Below are positions 40,290 through 53,074 of a DNA stretch of 64,000 bases, piece after piece. Location: assembly GCA_051530055.1 (NCBI GenBank), contig CM121343.1:528389-592388 (forward strand), in the 5' to 3' direction. The position numbers and the translations under genes are program-made. Position 1 is the first letter of the stretch; the number at the start of each line of letters is the position of its first letter. The notes under the pieces are model-generated. The model saw only the letters and a program-made list of their open reading frames with translations. It was not told where the DNA came from and made no database searches. The DNA is from Neoechinorhynchus agilis. Lineage: Eukaryota; Animalia; Acanthocephala.

Positions 40290-42530
40290 TGTCAAATTTG
40301 TTTCATCGTAGCTATGCTACAGTTTTCTCTGTGTTGTACTTTTTTCATATTGACATCAAATCATCAATTCTGTTATTATTGTATAAATGTAAACTGGCAC
40401 GCTCTTTGACCATTTGCTCTAAGCGGTAATTGTTTATTTATTTACATGCATACACATAAAAAATATCCATGCGTTGTTTTTTCAGTCGAATGCGACATGG
40501 TACGTGTCTTTCGCAATAGGAACATTATACACACAAGTTGTTTTAATTGTGCTAATATGCGACGCTATCTGTGACTTCTTATGTATTTGTATATATAGGT
40601 TTTTTACGAATTGTTGTCCTTTTCCCATAATGACATCAAATCATAAAATTTGTTATTATTTTGTAAATGTATCGCGGCGCGCTTTTGGATAATTTTATTT
40701 AAGCGCTAGTTGTTTGTTTATCTAATTGCACAAACGTAAATATACCCATGTGTTGTTGTTTTTATCGAGGCGGCATTCTACGTATATATCTTTCGCATTT
40801 ATAACATTATACGCAACAGTTGTTTTAATTATGCTTATATGCGGCCCTATCTTTGACTTCTTAGGCACTTGCATGTAAGTTGCATACTTATGGTTGTCCT
40901 TTTCTCATAATGACATCAAATCATAAAATTTGTTATTGTTTCTGTAGATGTAAAGGGGCACGCTTTTTGATCATTTTATCTAAGCATAAATTGTTTATTT
41001 ACTTAATTGCACAAGCGCAAATATATCCATGCGTTGTTGTTTTTATGCAATGCGGTATGCTACGTATATATCTTTCGCATTTGGAACATTATACACACCC
41101 GTTGTTTTGATTATTCTTATATGCGGCGCTATCTTTGACTTCTTATGTATTTGTATATATGTTTTTTACGAATTGTTGTCCTTTTCCCATAATGACAACA
41201 AATGGTCAAATTTGTTATTATTTTATAAATGTGAAAGGCACGCTTTTTTATCCTTTTTTCTAAGCGGTAATTGTTTGTTTATTTACATCCATTCACCATG
41301 CGTTTTTTCCGAATGTTGCATTCTGCGTATATATCTTTCGCATTTAGAACATTATATGCAGCAGTTGTTTTCATTATGCTTAAATGTGGGATAATCTTTA
41401 AATTTTTAGGCATTTGCAAAAATGTTGTGTACTTATGGTTGTACTTTTCTCATGATATCAAATCATAAATTTTTTTTAATGTTTCTGTAGATGTAAAGGG
41501 GCACGCTTTTTGATCATTTTATCTAAGCATAAATTGTTTATTTATTTAATTGCACAAGCGTAAATATATCCATGCGTTGTTGTTTTTATGCAATGCGGTA
41601 TACTACGTATATATCTGCCGCACTAATAGCATTATGCACGCCAGTTGTTTTTATTTTTGCCTTTCTGCGCGGCAATATCCAATTTCTTAGGTATTTGTAT
41701 ATATGTTGGTTACGAATGCTCGTGCTTTTATTCATAATGGCATCAAATCATCACCTTTGTTTTTATCAATGTAAAGGGCACGCTCTTTCATCATTTTATC
41801 TTAGCGCTAATTGTTTATTTAAATCTATACGCATAAAAATATCCATGCGTTGTTGTTTTTATTGAATGCGGCATCCTACGTATATATCTTTCGCAGTTAG
41901 AATATTGTACACCACAGTTGCTTTGATTATGCTTATATGCGGCGCTTTCTTTGACTTCTTATGTATTTGTATATATGTTTTGACGAATTGTTGTCCTTTT
42001 CTCATAATGACATCAAATCATAAAATTTGTTATTATTTTATAAATGTATCGGTGCGCGCTTTTGGATAATTTTATATAAGAGTTAGTTGTTTGTTTATCT
42101 AATTGAGCAAGCGTAAATATACCCATGCATTGTTGTTTTTATCGAGGCGGCATTCTACGTATATATCTTTCGATTTTAGAACATTTTACGCAACAGTTAT
42201 TTTCATTGTGCTTCAATGCGTTGCAATCTGTAACTTCTTAGGGATTTGCATCTATGTTGTGTTCTTGTGGTTGTCCTTTCCTCATTATGACATCAAATAA
42301 TCAATTTTGTTATTATTTTATACATGTGAAAGGCACGCTTTTGGATAATTTTAACCAAGCGGTAATTGTTTGTTTATTTACATCCATTCACGTTTAAATA
42401 GCCCTGCGTTTTTTTCCGAATGTTACATTCTACGTATATATATTTCGCATTTAGAACATTATACGCAACAGTTGTTTTCATTATGCTTAAATGCGGGGCA
42501 ATCAGTAGCTTCTTAGGCATTGTTTACAAT
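40290..42530 (+). repeat. Satellite family C, ~260-285-bp diverged units, ~8 copies
   Basis: gacatcaaatca-type motif at ~40352, 40632, 40912, 41194, 41454, 41740, 42009 and 42289. Confidence 0.9.
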
Positions 42531-42539
42531 AACGAAATA

Positions 42540-43180
42540 AAAAGATTTTCTTAGAGTTCTGGTAGAATTTTTCGCTGAATAGAACATCAATTTAGAGCTT
42601 TTGCAGTAAGGCAATATGCGGATAAAACAAAAGACGAATTTAATTGAAAATCTTTACTTGGGATGATATTCGATTTATTGATTTTGCCCAGATCGTTTTC
42701 CATTTTTGTTCTTATGGAATTGTTGCATAAACCATTGAAAAATCGCGTTTGGAAATGAACATACAACTATTTTAAAGTTTCGTGTTGAGAGCATGTAATT
42801 TTCGAAAAATCAGGTGTTAAAAACTTTGGAACGTACTTGTCTGAGGTCCATGAGAAAATAAAATTTAATAGAAAGCCGATAACAATTCAACAATAAGAGC
42901 CAATGAAGGAGGTGCTGAAATTTCGTCAGGTAAATTGGGTTTAATTCTAAGTATTTATAGATTTAAATAATCGATCATAGTCTCCGAATGCTTTTGATGG
43001 ATACTTACGGTTACATAACTATATTAAGAACCAATGAAGCTTTTCCATTCACGATTTTCTTAAAGACCAAAATGTTGACCCATTGAAAATTGGATCTCAT
43101 CGTGTTGCTCTAAGGAGATCCCGATTGATTTTATCAGATTTTAATCCACTACTCTAAGATTATGTTTGAAAAATTCACGA
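42540..43180 (+). repeat. Dispersed repeat X, RTE-filled copy
   Basis: Direct homolog of 48925-49575; its continuation taccgagcatgg resumes at ~46388. Confidence 0.85.
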
Positions 43181-46100
43181 TGATCGGACTTGATGTTACT
43201 GATTCTTGTCGGTCACGTAAAGGAAGCAGCTCCGGCGGCCAGACAGCTACTGATAGTAGCCTGTCAACGCGGAGTCGGTGTGCCGCTCCACTTGTTGATG
43301 CGGCAGCGAACGGGAGCAGCAAAATACACCAGTGCAACTGGAAAATACGAGGGCGTCGTAGCTCTCGCCGACGACTTGAGCGTCGAAATGACCGAATATG
43401 TCCGGAGGCAACGAAAGCGTCAGTCGAAGCTCATCACCGTGGTGGGTACGGACTTGTCAGGTGGCGCTGACAGCCGTGAGCCCTTTGGCCCAGCTATTTC
43501 AAATAGAGGAGGACTACGAATCGGATCCTTGAATTGTAGGAGTATGCGAGCGCAATGGCGTAGGTGAACCCTGGCCAAATTGGCAAGGGACGCCAGAATG
43601 GATCTTGTGTTTTTACAAGAATTGCGCATAAGAGGACAGTCAAACACAGACGTAAATCAGGAGGATTTAGGAGGAGGCTGGTCATTATCTTACCTATCTG
43701 CGGACAGTCGAGGAAATGGAGGTGTAGGCGTTTGTTTATCACCCCGCCTCCGAAACTCAGCACTATGCGGTATTATAACTGACCGAATCCTTCGTGTTAG
43801 ACTTAAAGCTTCGGCCGAGAAAACTCTATGCTTTTGGCGTATATTCACTGACCTCCTCGTCGGATGAAGAGGCGGTTGAAGGATTTTATGGAAATCTAGC
43901 CGAAGCATTAGATGATGTACCGAACAGAGACGCCCTCCTAATAGCCGGTGACTCCAATGCGATTTTACCGCATTCCGAAAGATCGCTATATGTGTTGAAA
44001 AGCGAGAATCGGAACATCCAGTACTTGGTTGAGGCGCTGGAGCGGCATGATATCGTGTCTGTTAACACTTTATTCCGGAAGCGTCCGTGGCGCTTGGCGA
44101 CGTTTATGGGTCAAAAGAATCCGTCCAAACATGCCATGGGAAAAATCCCATGAGACGCTTAGCTCAGCTTGACCATATATTGTTGAGACGTAGGAAAAAT
44201 GTCGGGTCATAAACCCCTGTCACATTCACAGTTGATGGGCTTGCAACCGACCACAAGTTGGTGATGTGTCAGTTGAGCATGAGTGACTCGTTGTTGCGTA
44301 CGCCTCAACATCCTTGACGTCCGTTCTATGGCGCCCTCACTAATGAAAAGAAGAGGAAAGAGTTTGATATCGAACTAGAGAATCAACTGAGATCGATGCC
44401 GGCTGCTGAAACGGATATTGATTGTTATTACAAGTCAATCTGCGACGCAGTGACCGAAGCGGCCGAGAAAACCTTCCCAAAAATGAGGCGTATAAAAGCT
44501 GCAAAGGTTATATGTCAGGAGGACTGTAAATTTGTGGTAATGGCTGAGCACATCAAAACTCTAAGAAAAAGACGAAAACGATCTGAGGCTAGCATTTCAA
44601 GTCTTGAACTTGCCAACCTATATAATGAAAAGCAAAAAGCTTCGATAGAGGATGCAGTTCGCGGGATCTCATATATGAGGAAGGCTTTGTTCGTACCTCC
44701 TTAGCATGGAGAGCGATAAACACTCTTACAGGAATATCCCAAAGACAGCCAACTTTGATTGAAGTTCTCTCCCCAGAAATCAGACAAAAGAGAACCGCAA
44801 ATTATTTTGCGAAAATGCTCAATTCGCCATTATCGTCTTTGGAAGTGAGTCCTGCACTTCCAAAAGGCACAATCATCCCAAGCACTGAGGCATACTTCAC
44901 CGGACCGATTTCCGTGAAGGAAGCGATCGCTGCTGCGAAAATGATGCGTGCGGGACGTGCATCAGGCCCAGATGGGATAATGGCAGAGGTACCGAGGTTT
45001 TAATTTGTTGCCAGAAAAATCATGCCGATAATGAATGGCATAATGAATGGTCGCTCAGTACCTCAAATCTTGCAAACGGCGCATTTAACAATGATCCTCA
45101 AGAAATGCTGCTCGACAAAGGTGGAGGACTGCAGAGGTATATCCTTGATGTCCAACACGGCAAAACTTTTCAGCAGCATTTTGAGACGCCGAATTCAGCC
45201 AATCCTAGAACCGCTTCTCAGAATTGAACAGAACGGCTTCAGGAAAGGTCGACGTACTACAGAACACATATTGGCTTTGAGGAGGATCCTCGAGGAGGCA
45301 CGAATTCATCAAACGGATGTGACGCTGGTATTTGTTGATTTCCGTCGAGCTTTCGATTCGGTAAATCGAACGATGATTGGCGGTATCTTAAAGGAGTATG
45401 GAGTGCCGCCGATCATTGTCACATCCGTTATGGCATTATATAAAAACACAAGGTCCGTCGTAAAGATAGCTGACGGTTTGACATAATACTTTTCCACCAC
45501 TTCAGGTGTTCTGCAGGGCGACACATTGGCTCCTTTCCTCTTCATCTTGGTGCTTGATTAGGTAATGAGATGGGCACTACCGAATGATGAAGATGGATTT
45601 CTTCTGTTGAGGAAAAGAGGTCGCAGCTATCCTGAGATACGCGCCTCCTACCCTCAACAGTCGAAGGAGTTCAACGCATGCTAAATGGACTGCGCGACAG
45701 GGCGAGTATGATTGGTCTGACCATCAACTCGAAAAAGACGGAATTCTTGACGATTCCGCATGTCGCGCATACAATCTCTGGCGAAGGGCCGAATGACGTT
45801 GAGCAATTAAAACAGATAAAGCGGTATGTCTATCTGGGAGCTTTCGTTCCTGAGGTGAGTGCGGATGTCAGCCGACGGAGAGCTAAAGCTTGGAGAGCAA
45901 TGGGGCAACTTAAACCACTGTTTGACAGTGAGTCCTTGCCAGATGAATTCCGTTCGCAGCTGTTCAGGACTCTAATTGAGAGCATTCTCTACTAAAATGC
46001 AGAGACCTGGACACTGTCACCAACGGCGACGAGGCAGTTGGATCAAAATCATTTTTCTCTCTTACGTGCGGCGTTCAAGGTCAGATGGTCGTGATCAACA

Positions 46101-46387
46101 AAGCACTGTACAAGAGAGCCGGAGTTCAACCGCCCGGTGAATATTTGCGCCGCAGACGACAGCAGTTCACGGGCAATATAATTCGGTCCGAGGCATCTTG
46201 CCAACAGGTCGTGCAACAGTTAATTTTCTGGAAGCCAATGACATTGTATCGCGAAGGCAAAGGGAACTGTCGTACATACGATGACCTGATTTTAAGAGAC
46301 GCGAATTGCCCGCATAACAGGACTGCAGTCGTGTATTTTAGATCCTTGCGGAGTCTAATTCTATTTGACGGGCTTATACCTAACAAT
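43180..46387 (+). mobile_element. Decayed RTE-clade LINE
   Basis: APE motifs GSLNCRS, LQELR, GVGV, AGDSNA; RT motifs EQNGFRKGRRTTEHI, FVDFRRAFDSV, GVLQGDTLAPFLF; stops and frameshifts. Confidence 0.9.
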
Positions 46388-46439
46388 ACCGAGCATGGGT
46401 CATCAAGGGAGAACGATTGCGAAAACGAGCAAAATAAAT

Positions 46440-47513
46440 GTAGCAAAACTGCAATTCCTGTTCGGTCGAAAACTAAAGAAGTGGAGGATAAGTCGAAACT
46501 AAAAAAAACACCGAATTGGATTTAAAAATTATATTCGAAAGCCTTACAGTGACGAGATCAAGTTTAGATATCGACACAATGAAGACGAAAACGCCAAAGA
46601 TTAAAGAAATGAATATTATGAAACTCATTATAAAGAAGAGGTTTGCACCGGCTGCAAAAATAAGCTACAATCAACAAGGAAATACGGTTTTTGAGGTCGT
46701 CTGCGAAGATTTACTTTTATCTCTCTACCTCGCAAAATCGGTTGATTGAATGATAACTGACATATTTTCTGATCGATTTGCCTGCTAGTCCATTAAAACG
46801 AAATCCTCAAATGTGATCGGCAAATTCAAAGGTGATAAATCGGTCTGAGTTTGGCGGCGTTAAGGATGAGGTCCCATGAGTCTTTAAAAACGTAAATTGA
46901 AAAATTCAAAACATAAAGTTTGGCGGAATGGACAAACCTTTAATTTGTCCAAGATCACTTTTCGTAATACATTGAACATCTCGATATTTGATTTACTCGC
47001 ATAAGCAAGGCGACAGATCAGCGAGATCACAAAAATTAACTAAAATTAAATGTTTATATCAAAATCCACTTCTTGAGCATTCTTCCGTTTTCGTCCCTCT
47101 GACGAAACAAAAATTGATTCTTTTGATTCATTCAATGACCATCCAAAGAATGTTTTTGATGAATCTCACAACACGATCATTTTGCGTTAAAAATATATGA
47201 AAAGGTCCACTCCTTCCAGGCTAGATAAACAAAGCTAACAGTTAACGAAAAGGCAATGCTGAGTAATATATTTCTTTAAAATATTGTGTATTTCTAGGGA
47301 TCGTATAAGTATAACGGCCATTTGTACATTGTGATCAAATTAATGCCAACCGGAGATTTGTATGAACATTTGCGTGCAAAACGACGATTTAGGGAAGAAT
47401 AAAATAGATTTATCATAGCTCAAATTGTCGTCGTTTTTGATTATTTACATCGGATTAAGGTTGCTCGCAGAGAAATAAAGCCTAAGAATATTTTGGTCCA
47501 AGACAACGGCAAA
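46440..47513 (+). pseudogene. Partial copy of the kinase-pseudogene module
   Basis: Homologous to 33741-34912; truncated where PLE copy 2 begins. Confidence 0.8.
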
Positions 47514-48570
47514 GAATGGACTCTTGACGAATAAATCTTGATGTTGTTGAGTGTGTTAGTGTTGCCTGATTATAAAAAACCAATAGAGAGCTATGGATGA
47601 TACACCCACATCTACAGTGAACAACTTCCTTACATCTGCTACAGAAATCCTTGTCAAGCGTTTTGTACAAGGCAAAGTTAGAAGCTTCACTTTATCGCAA
47701 GGAGAAATTATCATGGGGATCATCACACTGGACAAGTCACCAACCGATGAGGTATAAAATCTTGGCTGTCACTTCATACTTCCGATGAGCTTCTCTTATT
47801 TCATCTACTCAATTTGCATGGAGTAGGGAAAGGGAGATGATAGTACAGGAGCTGAAAATTAGGGGATATCCCAAATGGATTATAGACCGAGGAATCAGAG
47901 GCAGTAACTACCATCCGCATAACAAAAAAATCGTCTGCAAAGCCTGTACGCTTCGAAAGGGTGCACTTCATTGATGACGACACAGATCAAATGATCTATT
48001 CCATTAGGAGAAAGAAGGTTGGAATTTGTCTATACAAAACTAAAGGAAACGCTTTCAGAAGCACATTCAAGAAGGGTAAAACTGAGCCGACCAATGGGAT
48101 TTATAGAATGTACTGTGAAAAGTGTGAGAAAGCTTATATCAGACAAACGATGCAAGGCATTGAGAAGAGGGTCGCTCAACATAAGCAAGCCCGCAGTCGA
48201 TTTGAACATTCGTCAGCAACCTCCAATCATCAAGAGACATGTAAGCATCGAGCGGATTTTGGTGGCACCAACATTATAGAAATAGAGCAAAACTTAAAAA
48301 AGGCGGCTTATTTTGGAGGCCTTGCACATCGCTGTGTCCAACGCAATGGAAGGAAATAAAGCTAATTTTAGCTTCAAACTTCCAGCCAGCGACGTGTTAA
48401 AAATCAATGCTAAAATCATGAAAAAAACGTGTTCGAACGGATAATTGGCCCCGAAATTTGAGTTTGGCGATCCAGCGCAATCGAGCGTAAAACCTGAACG
48501 GGAAAAATATATTTTTAGATGACTGATGAGGCGAGGTTACCTCCTTCGAAATATCGCCAATTAATCAAAC
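47514..48570 (+). mobile_element. Penelope-like GIY-YIG fragment, copy 2
   Basis: Near-identical to 32030-33070 with an extra A frameshift near 48300. Confidence 0.85.
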
Positions 48571-48924
48571 ATGCTGTTGCCGGGAGCATTTTCACCAAAA
48601 TTATACTATGGCTAACCCGAAGGATTTTCCATCGATGATTTCCAAATATGTTATATTTTTGCTAGAATAAAGGAATCAATCGGGACTTAAAAGCGCATGC
48701 AAATTTAATGTGGCTAAAAACGCGCCGTTTATAATTAGTAAATTTTGAAAACTAAAACAGGATGCTTGGTGCTATAATGATAATTCTATGCATTTAAAGC
48801 CAATTTAAAAAATCGGACAAGGGTCGGTATCCATATTGCTACTTGGCTGATTAATCAACAATTTCCTCTTAATTTAAACACGTAAAATATATATTTTACA
48901 GACATTCAAAGTGTTTACACGAAT

Positions 48925-49625
48925 AACGAAATCAAAAGATTTTCTTAGAGTTCAGGTAGAATTTTTCGCTGAATAGAACATCAATTTAGAGCTTTTGCAG
49001 TAAGGCAATATGCGGATAAAAAAACGAATTTAATTGAAAATCTTTACTTGGGATGATATTCGATTTATTGATTTTGCCCAGATCGTTTTCCATTTTTGTT
49101 CTTATCGAATTGTTGCATAGACCAATGAAAAATCGCGTTCGGAAATGAACATACAACTATTTTAAAGTTTCGTGTTGAGAGCATGTAATTTTCGAAAAAT
49201 CAGGTTTTAAAAACTTTGGAACGTACACGTCTGAGGTCCATGAGAAAATAAAATTTAATCGAAAGCCGAGAACAATTCAATAATAAGAGCCAATGAAGGA
49301 GGTGCTAAAATTTCGTCAGGTAAATTGGGTTTAATTCTAAGTATTTATAGATTTAAATAATAGATCATAGTTTCACAATGCTTTTGGTGGATATTTACGG
49401 TTAGATAACGACTATATTCAGAACCAATGAAGCTTTTTCATTCACGATTTTCTTAAAGACCAAAATGTTTACCCGTTGAAAATTGGATATCCCCGTGTTG
49501 CTCTAAGGACATCCCGATTGTTTTTATCAGATTTAAATCCAGTAATCTAAGATTATGTCTTAAAAATTAATGTACCGAGCATGGATCATCAAAGGAGAAT
49601 GATTGCGAAAACGAGCAAAATAAAT
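48925..49625 (+). repeat. Dispersed repeat X, empty copy
   Basis: Matches 42540-43180 joined directly to 46388-46440. Confidence 0.85.
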
Positions 49626-49807
49626 GCGTATTCAAGATACTAAGGGCCCGCAAGATTTAAACTCCAAACATTTTTAGCATACCTCCAAAATTTACTTACA
49701 TTTTTTTACGATTAAAAACATTTTACAGTCATGACAACCAAACAAATTAAGCTGCCTTTCTACTTGTTCGTTGTTAGCTTAAGGGCGCAGAGAATAGAAG
49801 CCATCGA

Positions 49808-50680
49808 ATGTCATTGCCTTTAGACAAAATTCGTGATTATAGACAATTCGAGAGTTTGGAAAGTTTCTACAGTCACGCCAGTTTAAATTTTCGTCAAAGA
49901 TTCCAAAACACACCGCCATCTCCAAATTTCAACAAAAGTGATATTCTCCACACGACGATTGGACGAGGTGCATTTTGTGCGGTTGCAGCTATAAAGATCA
50001 CGATCATTTCGTAGCTCCACCTCTTCCAAACTAGACAAACAAAGCGAACAATTAACGAAAGGACAATGCTGAGTAATATATTTCTTTCAAATATTGTGGA
50101 TTTCTAGGGATCGTATAAGTATAATGGCCATTTGTACATTGTGATGAATTTAATACCAACCGGAGATTTGTACGAACATTTGCGTGTAAAAACGACGATT
50201 TAGTGAAGACGAAATGGATTTATCATAGCTCAAATTGTCATCGTTTTCCATTATTTACATCGGATTAAGGTTGCTCGCATAGATATAAAGCCTGAGAATA
50301 TTTTGGTCCATGACAACGGCTAAGTAAAAGTAGGCGACTTCGGATTCGCTTAATTCTTAAACGGGAATACGATGACTGAATGTAGAATTGCAGAATAAAT
50401 GGTTCCAGAAGTGTTCGGACAGCTTGGATAAACCCCCAAGTGGAGATTGGTGAGAAACTTGGGGGTTGACCTACGATTTCGATGTAGGATACACGTCTTT
50501 TGTGGCATCAGATGAAGCAAGAATTTTGGCCAAAGTTCAATCTGGATGGTTTAAAGTTCCTGACCATTTCTCACCCGAGCGTTGTGGGTGGTTTTTGTGT
50601 GTTTTTAAGAAAATTACGGTTTTTATATGGACATCACCGCTCCCACCATCGGCAATAAATATAAAGTAAGAATCTGAGGA
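49808..50680 (+). pseudogene. PKA catalytic-subunit-like pseudogene including the N-terminal A-helix region
   Basis: LESFYSHASLNFRQRFQN...TIGRGAFCAV corresponds to the PKA-C N-terminus and G-loop; later motifs are disrupted. Confidence 0.8.
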
Positions 50681-51029
50681 TGAATTAAAGTTTTTTTTGG
50701 TTTAATTGCATTCGAATTGAAACGATTGCACCGTTGATTGAACATGGCCATTAATTTTAAAACGGTGTACAAGGCAGCTCACAGTCTCTCAATGCAGCAC
50801 AAACTCTCAGTGCGATTTTCGTCCAAATCCACGATGAAATAATTGGTAGAATAGCTACGGCGCTTCTAACGGTAAACTGAAAATGAGCAGTTTTAATAAC
50901 TGGAATCAAAACTATCAATCCGAGTAAAATAAGAGATACAACGAATATGGCACAGAAACATCAACATTTCTGAAGAGCAAAAGAGCCATTCAGTCGTCGC
51001 AAAGCATAAAGAGTACCGAAAAGACGGTT

Positions 51030-52851
51030 AGCAAAACTGCAATTCCTGATCGGTCGAAAACTAAAGAAGTGGAGGATAAGTCGAAACTAAAAAACACCGA
51101 ATTGGATTTAAAAATTATATTCGAAAGCCTTACAGTGACGAGATCAAGTTTAGATATCGACACAATGAAGACGAAAACGCCAAAGATTAAAGAAATGAAC
51201 ATTATGAAACTCATTATAAAGAAGAGTTTTGCACCGGCTACAAAAATAAGCTACAACCAACAAGGAAATTCGGTTTTTGAGGTCGTCTGCGAAGATTTAA
51301 TTTTATGTCTCTACCTCTCAAAATCGGTTGATTGAATGATAACAGACATATTTTCTGATCAATTTGCCTGCTAGTCCATTAAAACGAAATCCTCAAATTT
51401 GATCGGCCAAATCAAAGGTGATAAATCGGTCTGAGTTTGGCGGCGAAAAGGATGGGGTCCCATGAGTCTTTAAAAACGTAAATCGAAAAATTCAAAACAC
51501 AAATTTTGGCGGATCTTATTATTATCTTGGGATAAATGGATAATCATATTAACACAATAAATCAATATATATTAACACCGCGATTGCAACGAATTAGCAA
51601 GTTAATTGATTTGAGTTGGACTATTAAATATTCGTATAATAAACTCTGGACGAACCTTTAATTTGCCCAAGACAACTTTCCGCGACGCATTGAACATCTC
51701 GACATTTGATTTACTCGCATAGACAAGGCAACAGATCAGCGAGCTCAAAAAAATTAACTTAAATTAAATGTTTATATCAAAATCCACTTCTCGAGCATTC
51801 TTTCGCTTTCGTCCCTATGACGAAACAAAATTGATTCTTTTGATTCATTCAATGACCATCCAAAGAAGGTTTTTGATGATCCTCACATCACGATCATTTT
51901 GCGTTAAAAATATATGAAAAGGTCCACTTCTTCCAAACTGCATAAACAAAGCGAACAGTTGACGAAAAGGCAATGCCGAGTAAGACATTTCTTTAAAATA
52001 TTGTGGATTTCTAGGGATCGTATAAGTATAACAGCATTTTGTACATTGTGATCAAATTAATGCCAACCGGAGATTTGTATGAACATTTGCGTGCAAAACG
52101 ACGATTTAGGGAAGAATAAAATAGATTTATCATAGCTCAAATTGTCGTCGTTTTTGATTATTTACATCGGATTAAGGTTGCTCGCAGAGAAATAAAGCCT
52201 AAGAATATTTTGGTCCAAGACAACGGCAAAGTAAAAGTAAGCGACTTCGGATTCGCTAAATTCTTAAACGGGAATACGATGAATGCTCGTGGAACTGCAG
52301 AATAAATGGCTCCAAAAGTGATCGGACGGCTTGGATAAACCCTCAAGTGGAGATTGATGAGCACTTGAAGTTTTGGCCTAGGATCTCGATGTAGGATACA
52401 CGCCCTTTGTGGCATCAGATGAAGCGAGAATTTTGGTGAAAGTTCAATCCGTAAGGTTTAAAGTTCCCGACCATTTCTCAGCCGAGCTTAACTATCTCTT
52501 AAGTCGACTATTGAAACTCAATCTAGATAAGCGATATGGATGGGTAAAAAGTGGAACTGATCAGGTAAAGGCTCATAAGTTCTTTGAAGTTAATGACTTT
52601 TGAAAGTTGTTTCAACGAAAGGTTGTCATTATCTATAAACCTGGTAATGATCAAATCGAAAACAAACTAAAGGAACCGTTCATTTCATCGACTAATCAAT
52701 CTTTTGATCACTACCCTCACGTATTTTATGAACTTTGAACAGTAAAGCTTTTCCATTGTTTCCGATCGTGCGAAGGGAAGTAAATTTCGTATTTAATCGT
52801 ATTATCATTAATAAATTTTCAATTTCGACAAAAATTAACCTGTGTTAAAAG
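51030..52851 (+). pseudogene. Kinase-pseudogene module, direct repeat of 33741-35540
   Basis: Same 88-aa ORF followed by a disrupted PKA-like domain. Confidence 0.85.
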
Positions 52852-53074
52852 CCTGAAAACGCTTGTGTACATATTGTAAAACCCAGCTCACCGTTATCTC
52901 GGAAAAAATCTAATACGAATGTATATTTTTAAAAGAATTGTTAAAAATTACATCATCCAATGAGATAATAAAATTACAAATATTTTGGTTTTAATAAACC
53001 AATCACATTAAAAGTTATTCTCAATGGCGAATTGTAACACACTCGAGCTTTATAAGAAAATCTTTTTATTTCGT

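Larger units (their letters stand above)
35541..42553. repeat. Left arm of a large inverted duplication
   Basis: Reverse complement of 53053-63314; near-identical over ATRX and its flanks, more diverged in the outer ~400 bp. Confidence 0.95.

Noticed and set aside
33240-52340. TAA at several Tyr-equivalent positions in the PKA-like copies, suggesting TAA=Tyr recoding
   Set aside because: Intact genes here end in TAA (NDUFC2, PDCL, PTBP, AATF), other stops and frameshifts fall at non-Tyr sites, and TAY to TAA is a single substitution.
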